The notes below the pieces were generated by a model. It worked only from the letters and a program-made list of their open reading frames with translations. It had not been told where the DNA came from and did not search any database. Below, in pieces: positions 9,101-20,000 of a DNA stretch of 20,000 nucleotides. The translations under genes were made by a program, and so were the position numbers. Numbering within the stretch: position 1 is the stretch's first letter; each line of letters opens with the position of its first letter. The stretch is from Ancylonema sp. (lineage: Eukaryota). The stretch is taken from contig JBFLGF010000193.1 in assembly GCA_050230475.1 (NCBI GenBank), positions 47,993 through 67,992 of the forward strand. Direction: 5' to 3'.

Positions 9101-11688
9101 TTGCATGAGGAAGCAGTATGCATAACGATGGACATCATTGATACGTACATCAGTAATTGTGTTCCCAAATTATTATGTCACTTTTCAAAGAATATTACAC
9201 TCTGTAGGCTTGTAGTAGTAGCCTATTCATTGCCATGTCCCAGCCCGAATACTTCGCTACCATGATTATTATGGGCCCACTTCATGTAATTCAGGGGATG
9301 CACCAGATTCTTGGTTGTGGACTTGCCAATACTACAACGAAGAAGTCATTAAGAGGCGATGGTTCCTCAACCCTAGATGGGAGGGCCTGTTATTTGAAGC
9401 TCTTTATTCCATGAAGTTTTTAATCATCTACATCATTGAGAGAGGTTTAGTAAACTCGTTTGTTTTTTTTGCTAGAATCTTCCACTAATGTACGCTTCTT
9501 GGGATCTCATACTTTGTTTGTGTGGTGGGTGTTGTAAATCGTTCTCTACAGACAGTAAAGCTACAAGTTTTGCGGGAAGGCAGGAAGGATCTTGAAAGCC
9601 ATTCGAATGGTGCCAAATCGATTGGACTAGAAGCTAGGTGGAGTACACACACTACGAATGCTATTGGAGTTGAACTAGAGGATGACTCCAATGGTGTTAC
9701 TCAAGGTTCTTCAGATTTCACTAGCGAAATGCATCTAGCAACTAGAGCTTTGGAGCAAGCAATCGACACAATAAATGGGTACATTGAGGAGATACGATAC
9801 GCTTTGGAGGAACTCCAAGGGGATTTGTGATACCTGTAAAACCACTCGATACATGGCATCCTTAAAACTCCCCGGTGCCTCCCACTTGTTCACATGTGTT
9901 TGTTCTTGGAAAGGAGTGGAGCCGTCATTTTGATTGCTGAAACAACTTTCGTTGAGCTTCATTGTTTGTCCCCTCAATTTGTTGGGAATGTAGGGTTCTT
10001 GAACGCAAGTTGGCGCTTCTTGTTGAAAGACCTCATGTAGTTGTACAATAATAACATTCTATGTCACGCTATTTATTTGTTAGCTTTGAAGTAGTATCAC
10101 TTGCTGGCACGTGCGATGTCTATATGTGTCCCTTGCACAATTCAATGCTGGACGTCGTGTGACCGGGCGGGAGTATTCTAGGACAAGGAATGGCGAGGTG
10201 TGACTAGCATTGTGAATGTCACGTTTACACCTTACACGTACACTAGTACGTAAGGTGTGATGTAACATAAAACGTAGAATTACATGTAATTATTACGCAT
10301 TACACATAATTTGTAAATTATTCGTTACAACAACCAAAATTCCCAAGAACGTGAAGTCGATTAAAGTCCGGTCATAATAATTAATAAAATATTAATTTGT
10401 ATGATAAATTTTTATTTTTACATACATATTGTTAAATTAAAATATTGAAAAAAAAAATGATGCATTTCTTAATACTAATTATTTTTACGGAAATCATTAT
10501 GTAGTTGCGAAACCTTTTTCCCACGTACATTGGCATACTATATTACCAAGTTTACTCTTCAACATCACCATTGAGTCATCGAAATCTTACGCATCAATGA
10601 CTCAATGTCGTAATGAAAAGGTCACCATCTTTGTTATTGCAAAGTTTGCTAGTCTTGGTAGCTGTCAAGTTGTATTCACCGTTATTTTTCTTTGATGAGA
10701 GTGTGTTTTTGGGGCATTCTCATGACTTGGGCCACAATGCTAAATAAAACAAACTTCTCCGTCGCTGTGTGTCGTGTCTCGTAACGAGAGTGCACCCAAG
10801 ATTCTTTCATGTAGATATCTCTACTTGGTTGTTGGACTTCTTGCAATCTCTGACGTAGAGCTCGAAGAGTCGCTTATGACACGGCAGGTAATCTTGAGGA
10901 GCCGTCCATACTAGTTGCATTCGTGACTTTGCTCAACAGTGATCCTCATTTCCAAAAAACCGGTTACTCGTTGTCTGACAATCAGTCACCATGAATAATA
11001 GTATTATTCATGGTGCGTGCTCAAGTGGGATAAAATGTTGGTATGGGGCATTTGGTCGTGAGAACTTATACGAGTTGCGAAACAATGTTGCATTGAGAAA
11101 AAGAAAATGGAAGTTGTTATATGAACTATTTGATGATCAATTTATGAACTATTTGAACAATTTACTTCACTACTATTGTTGAATGTTTGAAATTGTTGCG
11201 ACCGGTATTAGTGGCATAAAATACATTTCAGATTATATTCAACATAGAAACACGTTCTTGGGGCACATAATTCTATCACGAATGGGCAATCAAGTGAGTC
11301 TTTCTACAAAACAATCAATTGGCGGACATCTCAATAGTGTGTGCACATGCGGTACATAAAGTGTTGATATGAGGCGTTCAGTCGTGATGTTTTACTCGAG
11401 TTGTGCACATCTTATCAATAACATACCCAATATTTAGCGAGGAGTTTCATCAGTTTCTTATACTATTAGTTTCTTTTATTGTACCACAATACGGTATGTT
11501 GCTTTCGCTTTTTGTAATATAGTTTACAAACCTTTTGACACGTTTAACCTCAAAACGTTTGAAGACGCATATGTTGACGGTTTCGTATCATCTCAATTTT
11601 CTTGTAATTTCGGGGTTTCTATCATATTTTCTACTCCGCGTAAAACACGTAGTCTAAACTTTAGACTATTGTGAGTCATAGTGAGACA

Positions 11689-12400
11689 CATAGTGGGTCC
11701 CCGAGCCCGAAAATATGCGCGCCGGCTCGAAGCTGGAGCGCGCGCGCGCCGGCTCGAAGCCGGGCTCGCAAAATCCGCGAGCGGAACGAGGCCCACAGGG
11801 GAAAAAAAAAACACAAATGGTAGCCCCGTCCCCCGCTAATCTGTGGACCATTATCCTTGCATAGTACTGTTTCATTACACTTCGTATTCCGTCATTATCC
11901 CGTCCCCGTTCGCAATTCCTCCTTGTCGTTTGCAAGCTACAATTCTGTCGTTTCGCATGTCTCCCGTTCATCGTATTTTTCCGTACCATCGTTGTCCTCC
12001 CATTCCTTCGTAATGTGTGACTATCATAGATTCAGTTTGTCGTTTGGGCTACAGAATCTATTATTTTTTTGGAGAAATCCCGCATCTGACGGCTGAGCAT
12101 TGTTCAGTGCCCCGTCCCTCCCCCATGTCGTCCGATTCCCGTAATGTCAGAAGATCTTTAAGATTCGACATCATTCAGGTGCCAAAAAAAAAAAACCGGA
12201 TCGATCAAACGGATACGGTAACCTTCAGAATATGGTTACTATGTTCCCGACGTACTGCCCGAAGTTCCGGTAACTAGTAACTACCTGCTTCGCATAGGAA
12301 GTCGCATTTCGATGTTTCCGTTTTTGCCAGGCGGCTCGCGGACGCGCGCCAGCTCGGAGCCGAGCTCGCAAATTCCACGAGCGGAGCGCGACCCACTATG
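11689..12400. mobile_element. Putative non-autonomous DNA transposon remnant with 11-bp TIR CATAGTGGGTC
   Basis: Perfect inverted 11-mers at 11689-11699 and 12390-12400, with GC-rich related subterminal blocks (about 11735-11795 and 12343-12395). No TSD found. Confidence 0.45.
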
Positions 12401-12408
12401 AATAATAC

Positions 12409-13855
12409 CATAATTGGGCGCGCACAATTAAAATCGCGCACATGTTCGGAATATGTGCGCGAAACCCGCGCACATGTGCGACTTTAACTAGAAAAAATCG
12501 TGTGTTTTCGAGTTGAAGGCACCAAACTCGGAGCATGAAATGCAGTGCATATGATTGATACCAAGACAATAGTACATGGACATGTAAAACTAGTGTTATA
12601 TGACAAGTTACAACCAAGTATTAATTTTGTACTTTGGTATGCACAACCTAGAAATTGCGGTGGTCACCGAATGAACCACACAGGGGTACAACAAGCTTTG
12701 TCGAGGTCGAAGTTGAATAAGTACCGGACTATGGTCAATATCTATAATACGCAGGCGTGCGTGCACTGTCATATTTAATCTCAATTGTTTTCGCCATATG
12801 ACGAGCATTCTTTAAGACGTAAAACATATTGTCAAGCAATACACGTTAGATGCATTTTCATTGGTGAGGTACTTTTGTGTCTCCCTAGACGCATATGATG
12901 AAGGGAAAGCTACTTGTAAGGACCAAGAATTTACCAAACCACACGTAGGGTGGTATGGTATGTTTGGCCACCACTACCGTACAGGGTTGGAGACACCGCC
13001 CTCCCGCCCTACTCCCTACCGTTTCACCGCGGGAGATACCGCGGGAGCTACCGATGCTCAATTATGTAGTAGGGGGTAGGGAAATTAGCCCAACTGCGGT
13101 TGGCTCGGTAGGGGGTAGGGCGGTGGGAAATAATCGGTAGGGAATAGTAGGGAATGGTAGGAAACGGTAGGGAATCGAATGTTTCCGGTACTTTTTTTTT
13201 TTTTGGTCGCAAATTATATCTTTCACTTTACGTTGGAAAAAAAAATCCCTACCGATTCCTACCGCTCCCTACCATGTCCCTACCGATTTCCCAACCGCCT
13301 ACCGCCGCCCTACCCCCAACCGATGCCTAGCCAGGCTGAATCCAAAATCGGTAGGAAAGCTGTAGGGTGAGAATACCGGGTAGAAACCCCCTACCGCGGG
13401 CCGAACATGCGGTGTCACCAACCCTACTACCGTAGTGGCCGAAGATAATGACCCGGGTTTTTTAAATCGAATTAATTTAATTGAGAAACTACTATTTGAC
13501 CCAACCCGCGCACCCAAAAGAAATTTTACAAATATCCTGAAAAATATTTATTATCAAGTGACCGACATTGTAGGATGACCAAAAAAAAAAAAAAAAAAGA
13601 CCTAACCCACCCTTTTCATTATTATTTGAGGGTCACCATGTGTGGCCAATACAGTACACGTGTTAAGTACCGTATACAAAAGAAATGAATCTTACTACTA
13701 TGGGAGCGGCTTTATACTTCGTTTTTTTTTTTTTTTTTTCTAATTATACATTTATCTGAAGAGGTGCGCGATGCGCACATGTTTGGAATATGTGCATCGC
13801 GCACATGATGCGTACATGTGCGCCAAACCCACGCGCATGTGCGCGCCCAACTATG
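12409..13855. mobile_element. Putative older non-autonomous TIR element, or two related ends, enclosing the hAT MITE
   Basis: CATAATTGGGCGCGCACA (12409-12426) vs reverse complement CATAGTTGGGCGCGCACA (13838-13855), 17/18; both ends carry GCGCACATGT repeats. No TSD found. Confidence 0.45.
12982..13426. mobile_element. Non-autonomous hAT-superfamily element (MITE), 445 bp
   Basis: TIRs CAGGGTTGGAGACACCGC / TAGGGTTGGTGACACCGC (16/18); perfect 8-bp TSD CTACCGTA at 12974-12981 and 13427-13434; many internal GGTAGG/CCTACC motifs in opposed arrays. Confidence 0.88.
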
Positions 13856-14725
13856 CCTTGTAGGTAGCAATCCGCTATCCACTTGTCCGGATTGTAATTC
13901 CTTCTCCTGCAACTGAAATATGAAGTTGGGAATGGGTGTATAGATTGGGCGGATGTCATTTGACGCATTACTTGATCTTCTATGTGCATAGTTTCGGGGA
14001 ATGGAGAGACTCATGAGCACCAATCACCTCTACTCTGGAGGTGATTGATGCTCTTCAAGCAATGAGTTCATATCACTGCAGATCTTTGCCCATTGTGGGT
14101 GCCTTATTTAATGTTAATGCAGGACTGCCAATTGTGGGTGCAGCTCAGCCAGTGAACATCACCCGATTTATCAGCTCGTGTAGGGACTGAAAAACACCTG
14201 GACCAGACTACCCAGTCTTGCTTGTTGATGGTAGCAATGAGGGATCGTGATTCGAGAGCGAGTCGGATAATACTAATGAGACTTGAATTCAAATTGGGTG
14301 CTCGTGTTATTGTGCTGAGTAATATCCAGAAAACAAATCGTTAAGAACTTTGAGAATGTAGAAATCTTTCCATAATATGAGCTGATTTCAAATGATTGAA
14401 AGTGCGGACCAAGTGGGGATATAATGGTACTATAGTTGAAGAACCCATGGGGATACACGACAAATTTATAACTGTTTTTAGCGGTTGACTCTACTTTACA
14501 ATGGCTACAACTACCGGGCACCGCTGCAAAGAGAACAAGTTGACCATCCAGCTGTAATACCAGACTTAAGTGGGGCCAGAGGACTTGCTTTCTTTTTCGA
14601 AGTCTCCACTACCGATGACTTTTTACAAAACTTGGAAGAGTGATGCAGGGAGGAGTCGCCTTGACAGCTGTGCTTCTCCAACCATGGGCCCGCTACCTAC
14701 CCAAACCACTGACAGTGATCACATC

Positions 14726-15893
14726 TTAACCGGAAAAGGTGTCAAAAATGGTAGTGTGAAGGGGGTCTGCCAAGTGAGTGGCCCAGTTGTCCAGGGGACC
14801 CTTTCCTGTGGCAGCAGCCTGGGCGGCGACGCCCAAAGCGGCGAGCATAGCCAGTCTGGCGTGCTTCAACTCCGCCAACTTCAAGTTCTCAGCCTTCTCA
14901 GGGTCGGCAGCCAAACCAAGGGGATCAAAGTAGGCGCCCCCTGGATACAGTCGCTTCTCGGGTGTTAGCTCGGAGTTCCTCTGGAACTCAATGTAGCCAA
15001 TCAGAAGGACCTCAATGACAGTCAGAGCGGTGACACTGAACGGCAATGGAAGACCCAAGTATGAAGATCCCTGCTCAAGTTCGACCTGCACAGCACGACT
15101 TGTAGACATAATGAGGGAAAGCTCAAAACAGAGGAGACACCCTTCAACTTACTTCCTGATTTAGCCAGTCAGCTGTTTCCATCGCAAACATTGCATCTAC
15201 CGAAGACATGAGCGTGTCCGGGGAATCCTACAACCGTTCAGCTTTCTGCAATTGATGTGGTGACGCTCTCTTACTACACAGAAACCAAATGCAGTACAAC
15301 CTGACGAAAGTTATGGGCAAGAACATGCCAAGTATGTCTGCCTCAAGTACCTTTCCGGCGTCTTGCCACGTCACACCAGTCAGGGCTTCTACCGCGACAG
15401 CTCCGAGTACACCAAGCATCGCCCATCGGCCGTGAATCACTTCGTTTTCACGGAATCGGTTCAGGCTGAAGACTTCGGTATAAGGCTGGAAGGTGTTGTT
15501 GGACAGCTCAACCTTAGCTTTGTCGATACGAGACCCGAGAAGTGCCCCAGCGGAATTTTTACCCAAATTCTGGTCCAAACTGTCAACGTCGAATTGAAGA
15601 TATTCAGGAGATTTTCCTAGGGACAAAGGATCAAACCCGTAGTCGCCAAGGAGAGATCCGTCCAACCACGCAGGGGCCTTCGCTCCGGGGAACCAAAGCG
15701 GGCGGTCCTTGGAGTTGATCGCTTTCTTAACTGCAACACCCGCTTTCTTCACAGACTTTCCGATATTGAATTTTCCAGTGGCAGCGACGACTCGAGCACC
15801 ATTGGTCGCCCCAAATGATTTGGTAATCGACCTATCCAAGCTGCTGAGCTCCATGGCGCTCGCTACAGTTCGAGAGGCGATTGAGACGGCCAT
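14726..15893 (-). CDS. Lhcb4: Chlorophyll a/b-binding protein CP29 (minor PSII antenna), two exons: 15893-15351 and 15085-14726, 300 aa including transit peptide
   Basis: CP29-diagnostic motifs [99 protein letters not shown]. Splicing at GT..AG joins 181 + 120 codons (including stop) in frame and restores WQDAGKVEL. Confidence 0.96.
15086..15350 (-). other. Phase-0 spliceosomal intron of Lhcb4 (265 bp)
   Basis: Minus strand AAG|GTACTT donor and TGCAG|GTC acceptor; removal restores the conserved GKVEL peptide. Confidence 0.92.
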
Positions 15894-16076
15894 ACTGGAT
15901 GTGGATCAGACTTCTGTGGATGGGTATAGCAAATAAGTTTTTCAACTGACAGTGAATGCAGCTAGCGTCAACAGTGTTTCCGGGCAATAAGGTTTGCTAT
16001 GCACACCTCCCTTGCGACGATGTCTCAACAAGACGAGTTCTGCACCGCATGCGGCAATCCATGCGGACAACGCTGC

Positions 16077-16133
16077 AACCAATAACCAGGATCCAAGACG
16101 GCACGGATTAGTCGAAATCCACTAACAACCAAT
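16077..16133 (-). promoter_or_regulatory. Two AACCAAT (CCAAT-box-like) motifs in the likely Lhcb4 proximal promoter, reverse orientation relative to the gene
   Basis: AACCAAT at 16077-16083 and 16127-16133, about 185-240 bp upstream of the ATG. Short motifs only; function not shown. Confidence 0.3.
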
Positions 16134-16744
16134 GAGAGCAGCCTCACTACCGCCAACGCGACAGCCTGGGATGCAGAAGCGCCTCGAACGGTACTTTCAA
16201 ATGTTTCTGCCGTCTCGCAGTCGGGTTACAGACAGACCTCGATATAACAGAAGTTCTGCGTCATCACAATGCGAAACGGCGTATCGGACCCGTCTCACGC
16301 TTTCGTTCGAGTCGAACGGGTTGAGACGGCACATGCCGAGTTGGGACTCGTTGTACCAAACTATTTTTGTTATCACGAATTCTGTAACATTTTGGAATTC
16401 GGGGATTCGGACCGTCGTACTCCAGATTTCGTTTCACGTTCTCTGTGATTATTTTAATAATTTGTTACGATGACTAGGCCACAATTGTAATAATGACAAA
16501 TTGTCGCAAATAGTTGGGGAACTCTACTCTCATTATACGTGTGGAAGAAATAACCCGACTCGAAAAATTGGAGTCTCCGTATCCGACTCGGCTTTGTCGT
16601 GTCGGCGTGTCGGGGTCTTGCGTGTCGCAAATGCCACAACGACAAGTTTTTCTCGACTCGACGTATCGGACACGGCCCTTGTCGGGCACTTTCGGCGCAT
16701 CGTGCAACCCTCCTTCAACGAATACATTTTTAGCATGTCACGGG

Positions 16745-19340
16745 CATAGTTGCACGAACTTGCCGTCTTTTAATATTGTAACCGGTTCCGAGATGGAACC
16801 GGTTCGGAACCAGGCGAACTGGGTGATTTTTAGGGTTCTCGTCTTTTCCGCATAAAATATATTTCCACGAATTTTACGGGTGGGGTAATACCGCAGCGGC
16901 CAACTTTAATACCCCACCCTTTTCCCCAAAAAACATATTAATTCTTGCCCCACCCCCTGGCCCCACCAAAAAATAATTCATTAACGTGACCCCACGGCGT
17001 TACCCCAACCCATTTATTTGCAATTAATCGCACAAACCCACCGACTCAATACCCCAACCCGGCGGCGGATTTTTATTTATTTATGGACAGTAAATGGACA
17101 CACTAATAAAACCTCAATATTTTCAGTAAAGCCTGTAATAGGTTGACAACCGCGCATCGAAAATAGAAATGCGCCCATAATCGTGACCCCGGAAAAAATC
17201 CCGTTTAGTTATTTGCCGCCGTTATTATCCCGGTTGGCATGATTTTTTTATGATACCCCACAAGTTCAAAAAACGAATTACCGAAAAAAAACAAATTAGT
17301 TATTTATCGCGAACCAAAAAATCGGAAATCGGGAAAAAAAAAACGGAAATCGAAAATCGAAAATCTTGAATTAATCTCCTTCCGCCCCCCAGCCACAAAT
17401 AATTATTTATATGATAGAACGGATAAATTTATGTACTTAACCCCGCAACCCCTCAATTCTGGTAATTACCATTGCAAATAGTATTAAATCTTTTCCAAAT
17501 ATGTTTTCGTAAAAACATGGGGCGGAGATTGTATGCTACAAATTTCCTTGATCGCTCCATTCTAAGATGCGGTGCAATATTATTTGCCGAAAGCTCATTG
17601 CGAGTGTAGGAGTAGATGCACGAGGAGCATCAAAGTAGAAGCACTTGTATCCGTAGTAAAACGATAAATAGACAGAGCATAAATGGTATGTAAATAATAT
17701 TTGCATAAGGGAAAGGAAGGAAGTAGGAGTGCATTAGGAATGTCCTTCACCCAAAACATTCCGACTATTGCTGAAGTTGGAGAAGAGGAATGACAGAATA
17801 AGATTCCGAAATGTTATGTGTTTATGGTGAGTAGATTGAAGACATGATTTAGAGTGGAAGGATCTTCAAATTATCTTCGACTTTATGGATGTTGAGAGCA
17901 TAACATGAAAGGTCTAGTTTATAGAGTTTTTATAGTAGAGAACATATTGTAGTACAAAAGGTGAATATCAGCATAAAAATATCGTACATTACTTTGAGCG
18001 ATGAATTTCAAAGAGTGAAAGAGTAAAAATGGGAGAACGATATGACATGTGAGATTACAGGCATAATATCATCCAAACGGCCAAAATCGTCCCAAATGGC
18101 GTTTGACATACGCGGACGTCCGGAAAACGCCCAACTGTCCAAAAAAATACTTCGAAAAGGAATGTTAACACCAGACCCGACCAGGAACGGATAGCCGGGT
18201 TTCTCTAGTAGGTTCGGGGGGGAGTTGTACGTCATTGACGAGACATGACGACCGCGAAAGATTCCTACGAGGTCTCTCATCCGGAGAAGGATGACACCGT
18301 TACGGATGGGTAGATGACATGGAAAAGGGAGACTATGACGTGTAAAGATAATAAATGCAAGATGTAGTGGCCTTTTATTTGTAAGAAAAATAGATAATTA
18401 CTTTGTAATGTCGAGAAAAAAAAACCCATCAATATTATATTGTGTTTCAATTGAGATGATGTTATGGAAGAATGGTTGGAATTAACTTTGAGAAAGACGA
18501 GGTGACTAATTATGAAAGGAAAATGAAGAAAATAAAAATGAGCTACTGTGTAGGTTGAATAAATAATATACAAAACACATGATAATAGAGAAAATGGCCG
18601 AAATATATCATGCGACATACTGTATTCTTATCACGAAAATGAGAATAAGATGGAAATAACATATCGTCCAAGAAACCTACCCAAAATTAAAAGACTAACA
18701 ATTAAAATAAACATCGTTTGGCAAATGTCCGTACAATGTATGGACGTTTGGTGGATATTTGGACAGCCGTACAAACGTTTGGTGTTGCCACCGCACGGCA
18801 TCATGTGCCGTTTTGGCGTTTGGACGTTTCGCGTTTGTAAAACGCGCACGCGTTTTGGTGCCACTATCATCATAAGATTGCTAAAAATATGAACTTGCAA
18901 TATGTAAAGATTTTGACATGGAAGTATTATAATTTCATGGAAACGAGGAAAAAAATGTTAAATTGAGGCATCATTCCGATGGAAATAAAGATATATAACC
19001 TTTTCAATTAAGTTTTTGTACATGACTAAAACATGGAATATTGGCATACATGACAAACATGAAAAGTAACCAGAAAACAAAAGGCTGAATACAAGTGGAC
19101 AATTTTCGAGAATTTCGCTAAATATTTACATCATTTATTTGATATTTATGTTATAGCTCGTGTCGAGCTACACATTAACAAACTATGTGCAAGATTTTTA
19201 TGTAGCATATAACCTCTTTAGATTGTACTCTAGTGAAAAAAAACCATAAGATTGTATTATACAGTTCCCAATTTTAGGCCACTTTCGTTGGAACTTGTTC
19301 CATTTGAGATCGGGAATGGTTCTTATTTTGTGCAACTATG
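16745..19340. mobile_element. Possible decayed TIR element upstream of Lhcb4
   Basis: CATAGTTGCACGAA at 16745 vs reverse complement CATAGTTGCACAAA ending at 19340 (13/14); GGAAC/GTTCC motifs near both ends. No TSD and no transposase recognised. Confidence 0.3.
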
Positions 19341-20000
19341 GTTATACCCTCGCACATTTTTCCCGATAGCCTCACTTTTGGGCTGCTAATGTACTCTATT
19401 GTTATTTTGTTATTTTGTTTACAACACTTTTACCTCACCACGCCACTATCGTCCGCATTGCGAATTACATCTCGTATCCATCTTATATAGTCTAAGTTGT
19501 CTTGTGGTCCCATTGTGAAAATCATATTCATTTTTGTTGCACACTGAAGAAGCAGACTTGCTTTCGGGTTTCGTTAGCCTCCATAAAGTTGGGAACTCAA
19601 TCATTGAAAAAACCATATACAATGCTATCATATGGCTGATTATGAATATTGGTCACACAACGACGGCACAGAGAGAATGACCCACCATTAAACGACATTG
19701 CATTAGCCAAAGTCTTTTGTGTGTACCACAAAAACCACCACTTGGAGCTCCAAGAAGGAAGCTCAACCTTTTGCCTGATCTATACTTTGATTGGGAGTTT
19801 CCTACGAGGCCAGATTTCGTTTGCCTGCCCTGTGTCTCAAGAAAAGCCGAATGAGCACGAGCATGAACTAATAATCGGGGATGAACCCCCGATAACAAGT
19901 GGATGAATGTTCGACCGGATCTTCGTGAGATGGAGGGGGTGCCGTATCAGCAAACAATACGAATTGGTATGTATTCGCACATATTGGTTTTTTTTCGTCC

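Noticed and set aside
10227..10259. Hairpin ACACCTTAC...GTAAGGTGT as a Helitron 3' end
   Set aside because: The CTAG lies inside the loop rather than downstream of the hairpin.
13070..13320. GGTAGG/CCTACC arrays as CRISPR-like or telomeric repeats
   Set aside because: Units are short and irregular, lack unique spacers, and lie inside a TIR/TSD-bounded MITE.
12972..13437. CACTA...TAGTG termini suggesting a CACTA element
   Set aside because: There is no 3-bp TSD (CAC vs GCC). The motif comes from the palindromic target plus the 8-bp hAT TSD.
10080..14521. Numerous 60-110 aa ORFs here and at 16132-19906
   Set aside because: Mostly non-ATG starts in repeat-derived or AT-rich DNA, with no domain motifs recognised.
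15228..15350. C-terminal extension VLEADILG... of the first Lhcb4 ORF
   Set aside because: Read-through into the intron; conservation stops at the GT donor.
17372..17536. Stowaway-like MITE (CTCCTTCCGCCCCCA...TGGGGCGGAG)
   Set aside because: The inverted match is short and degenerate, without a clear TA duplication.

Overview
Eukaryotic plant nuclear DNA, most likely a non-seed land plant or streptophyte alga (inferred from the retroelement priming types). One intact host gene is present: a two-exon Lhcb4/CP29 antenna gene on the minus strand (14726-15893). The first 6 kb is a nest of decayed minus-strand LTR retrotransposons. A Ty1/copia element (A) sits inside the gag of a sister copy (B). 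B's 5' LTR is split by a Ty3/gypsy element with a clean 5-bp TSD, and B appears to sit in an older related LTR (C). The most notable signals are mechanistic. The gypsy element has no tRNA-like PBS but has an 11-nt Tf1-style self-priming duplex with a TATA box at the expected distance, plus an extra PBS-like decoy hairpin in U3 and an intact -1 frameshift signal with a candidate pseudoknot. Both copia copies have a PBS matching the anticodon arm of initiator tRNA-Met (half-tRNA priming). The rest is mostly non-coding, with one clear hAT MITE and several weaker TIR-bounded remnants. I see no convincing wholly new system; the findings are unusual instances of known mechanisms. All alignments were done by eye.
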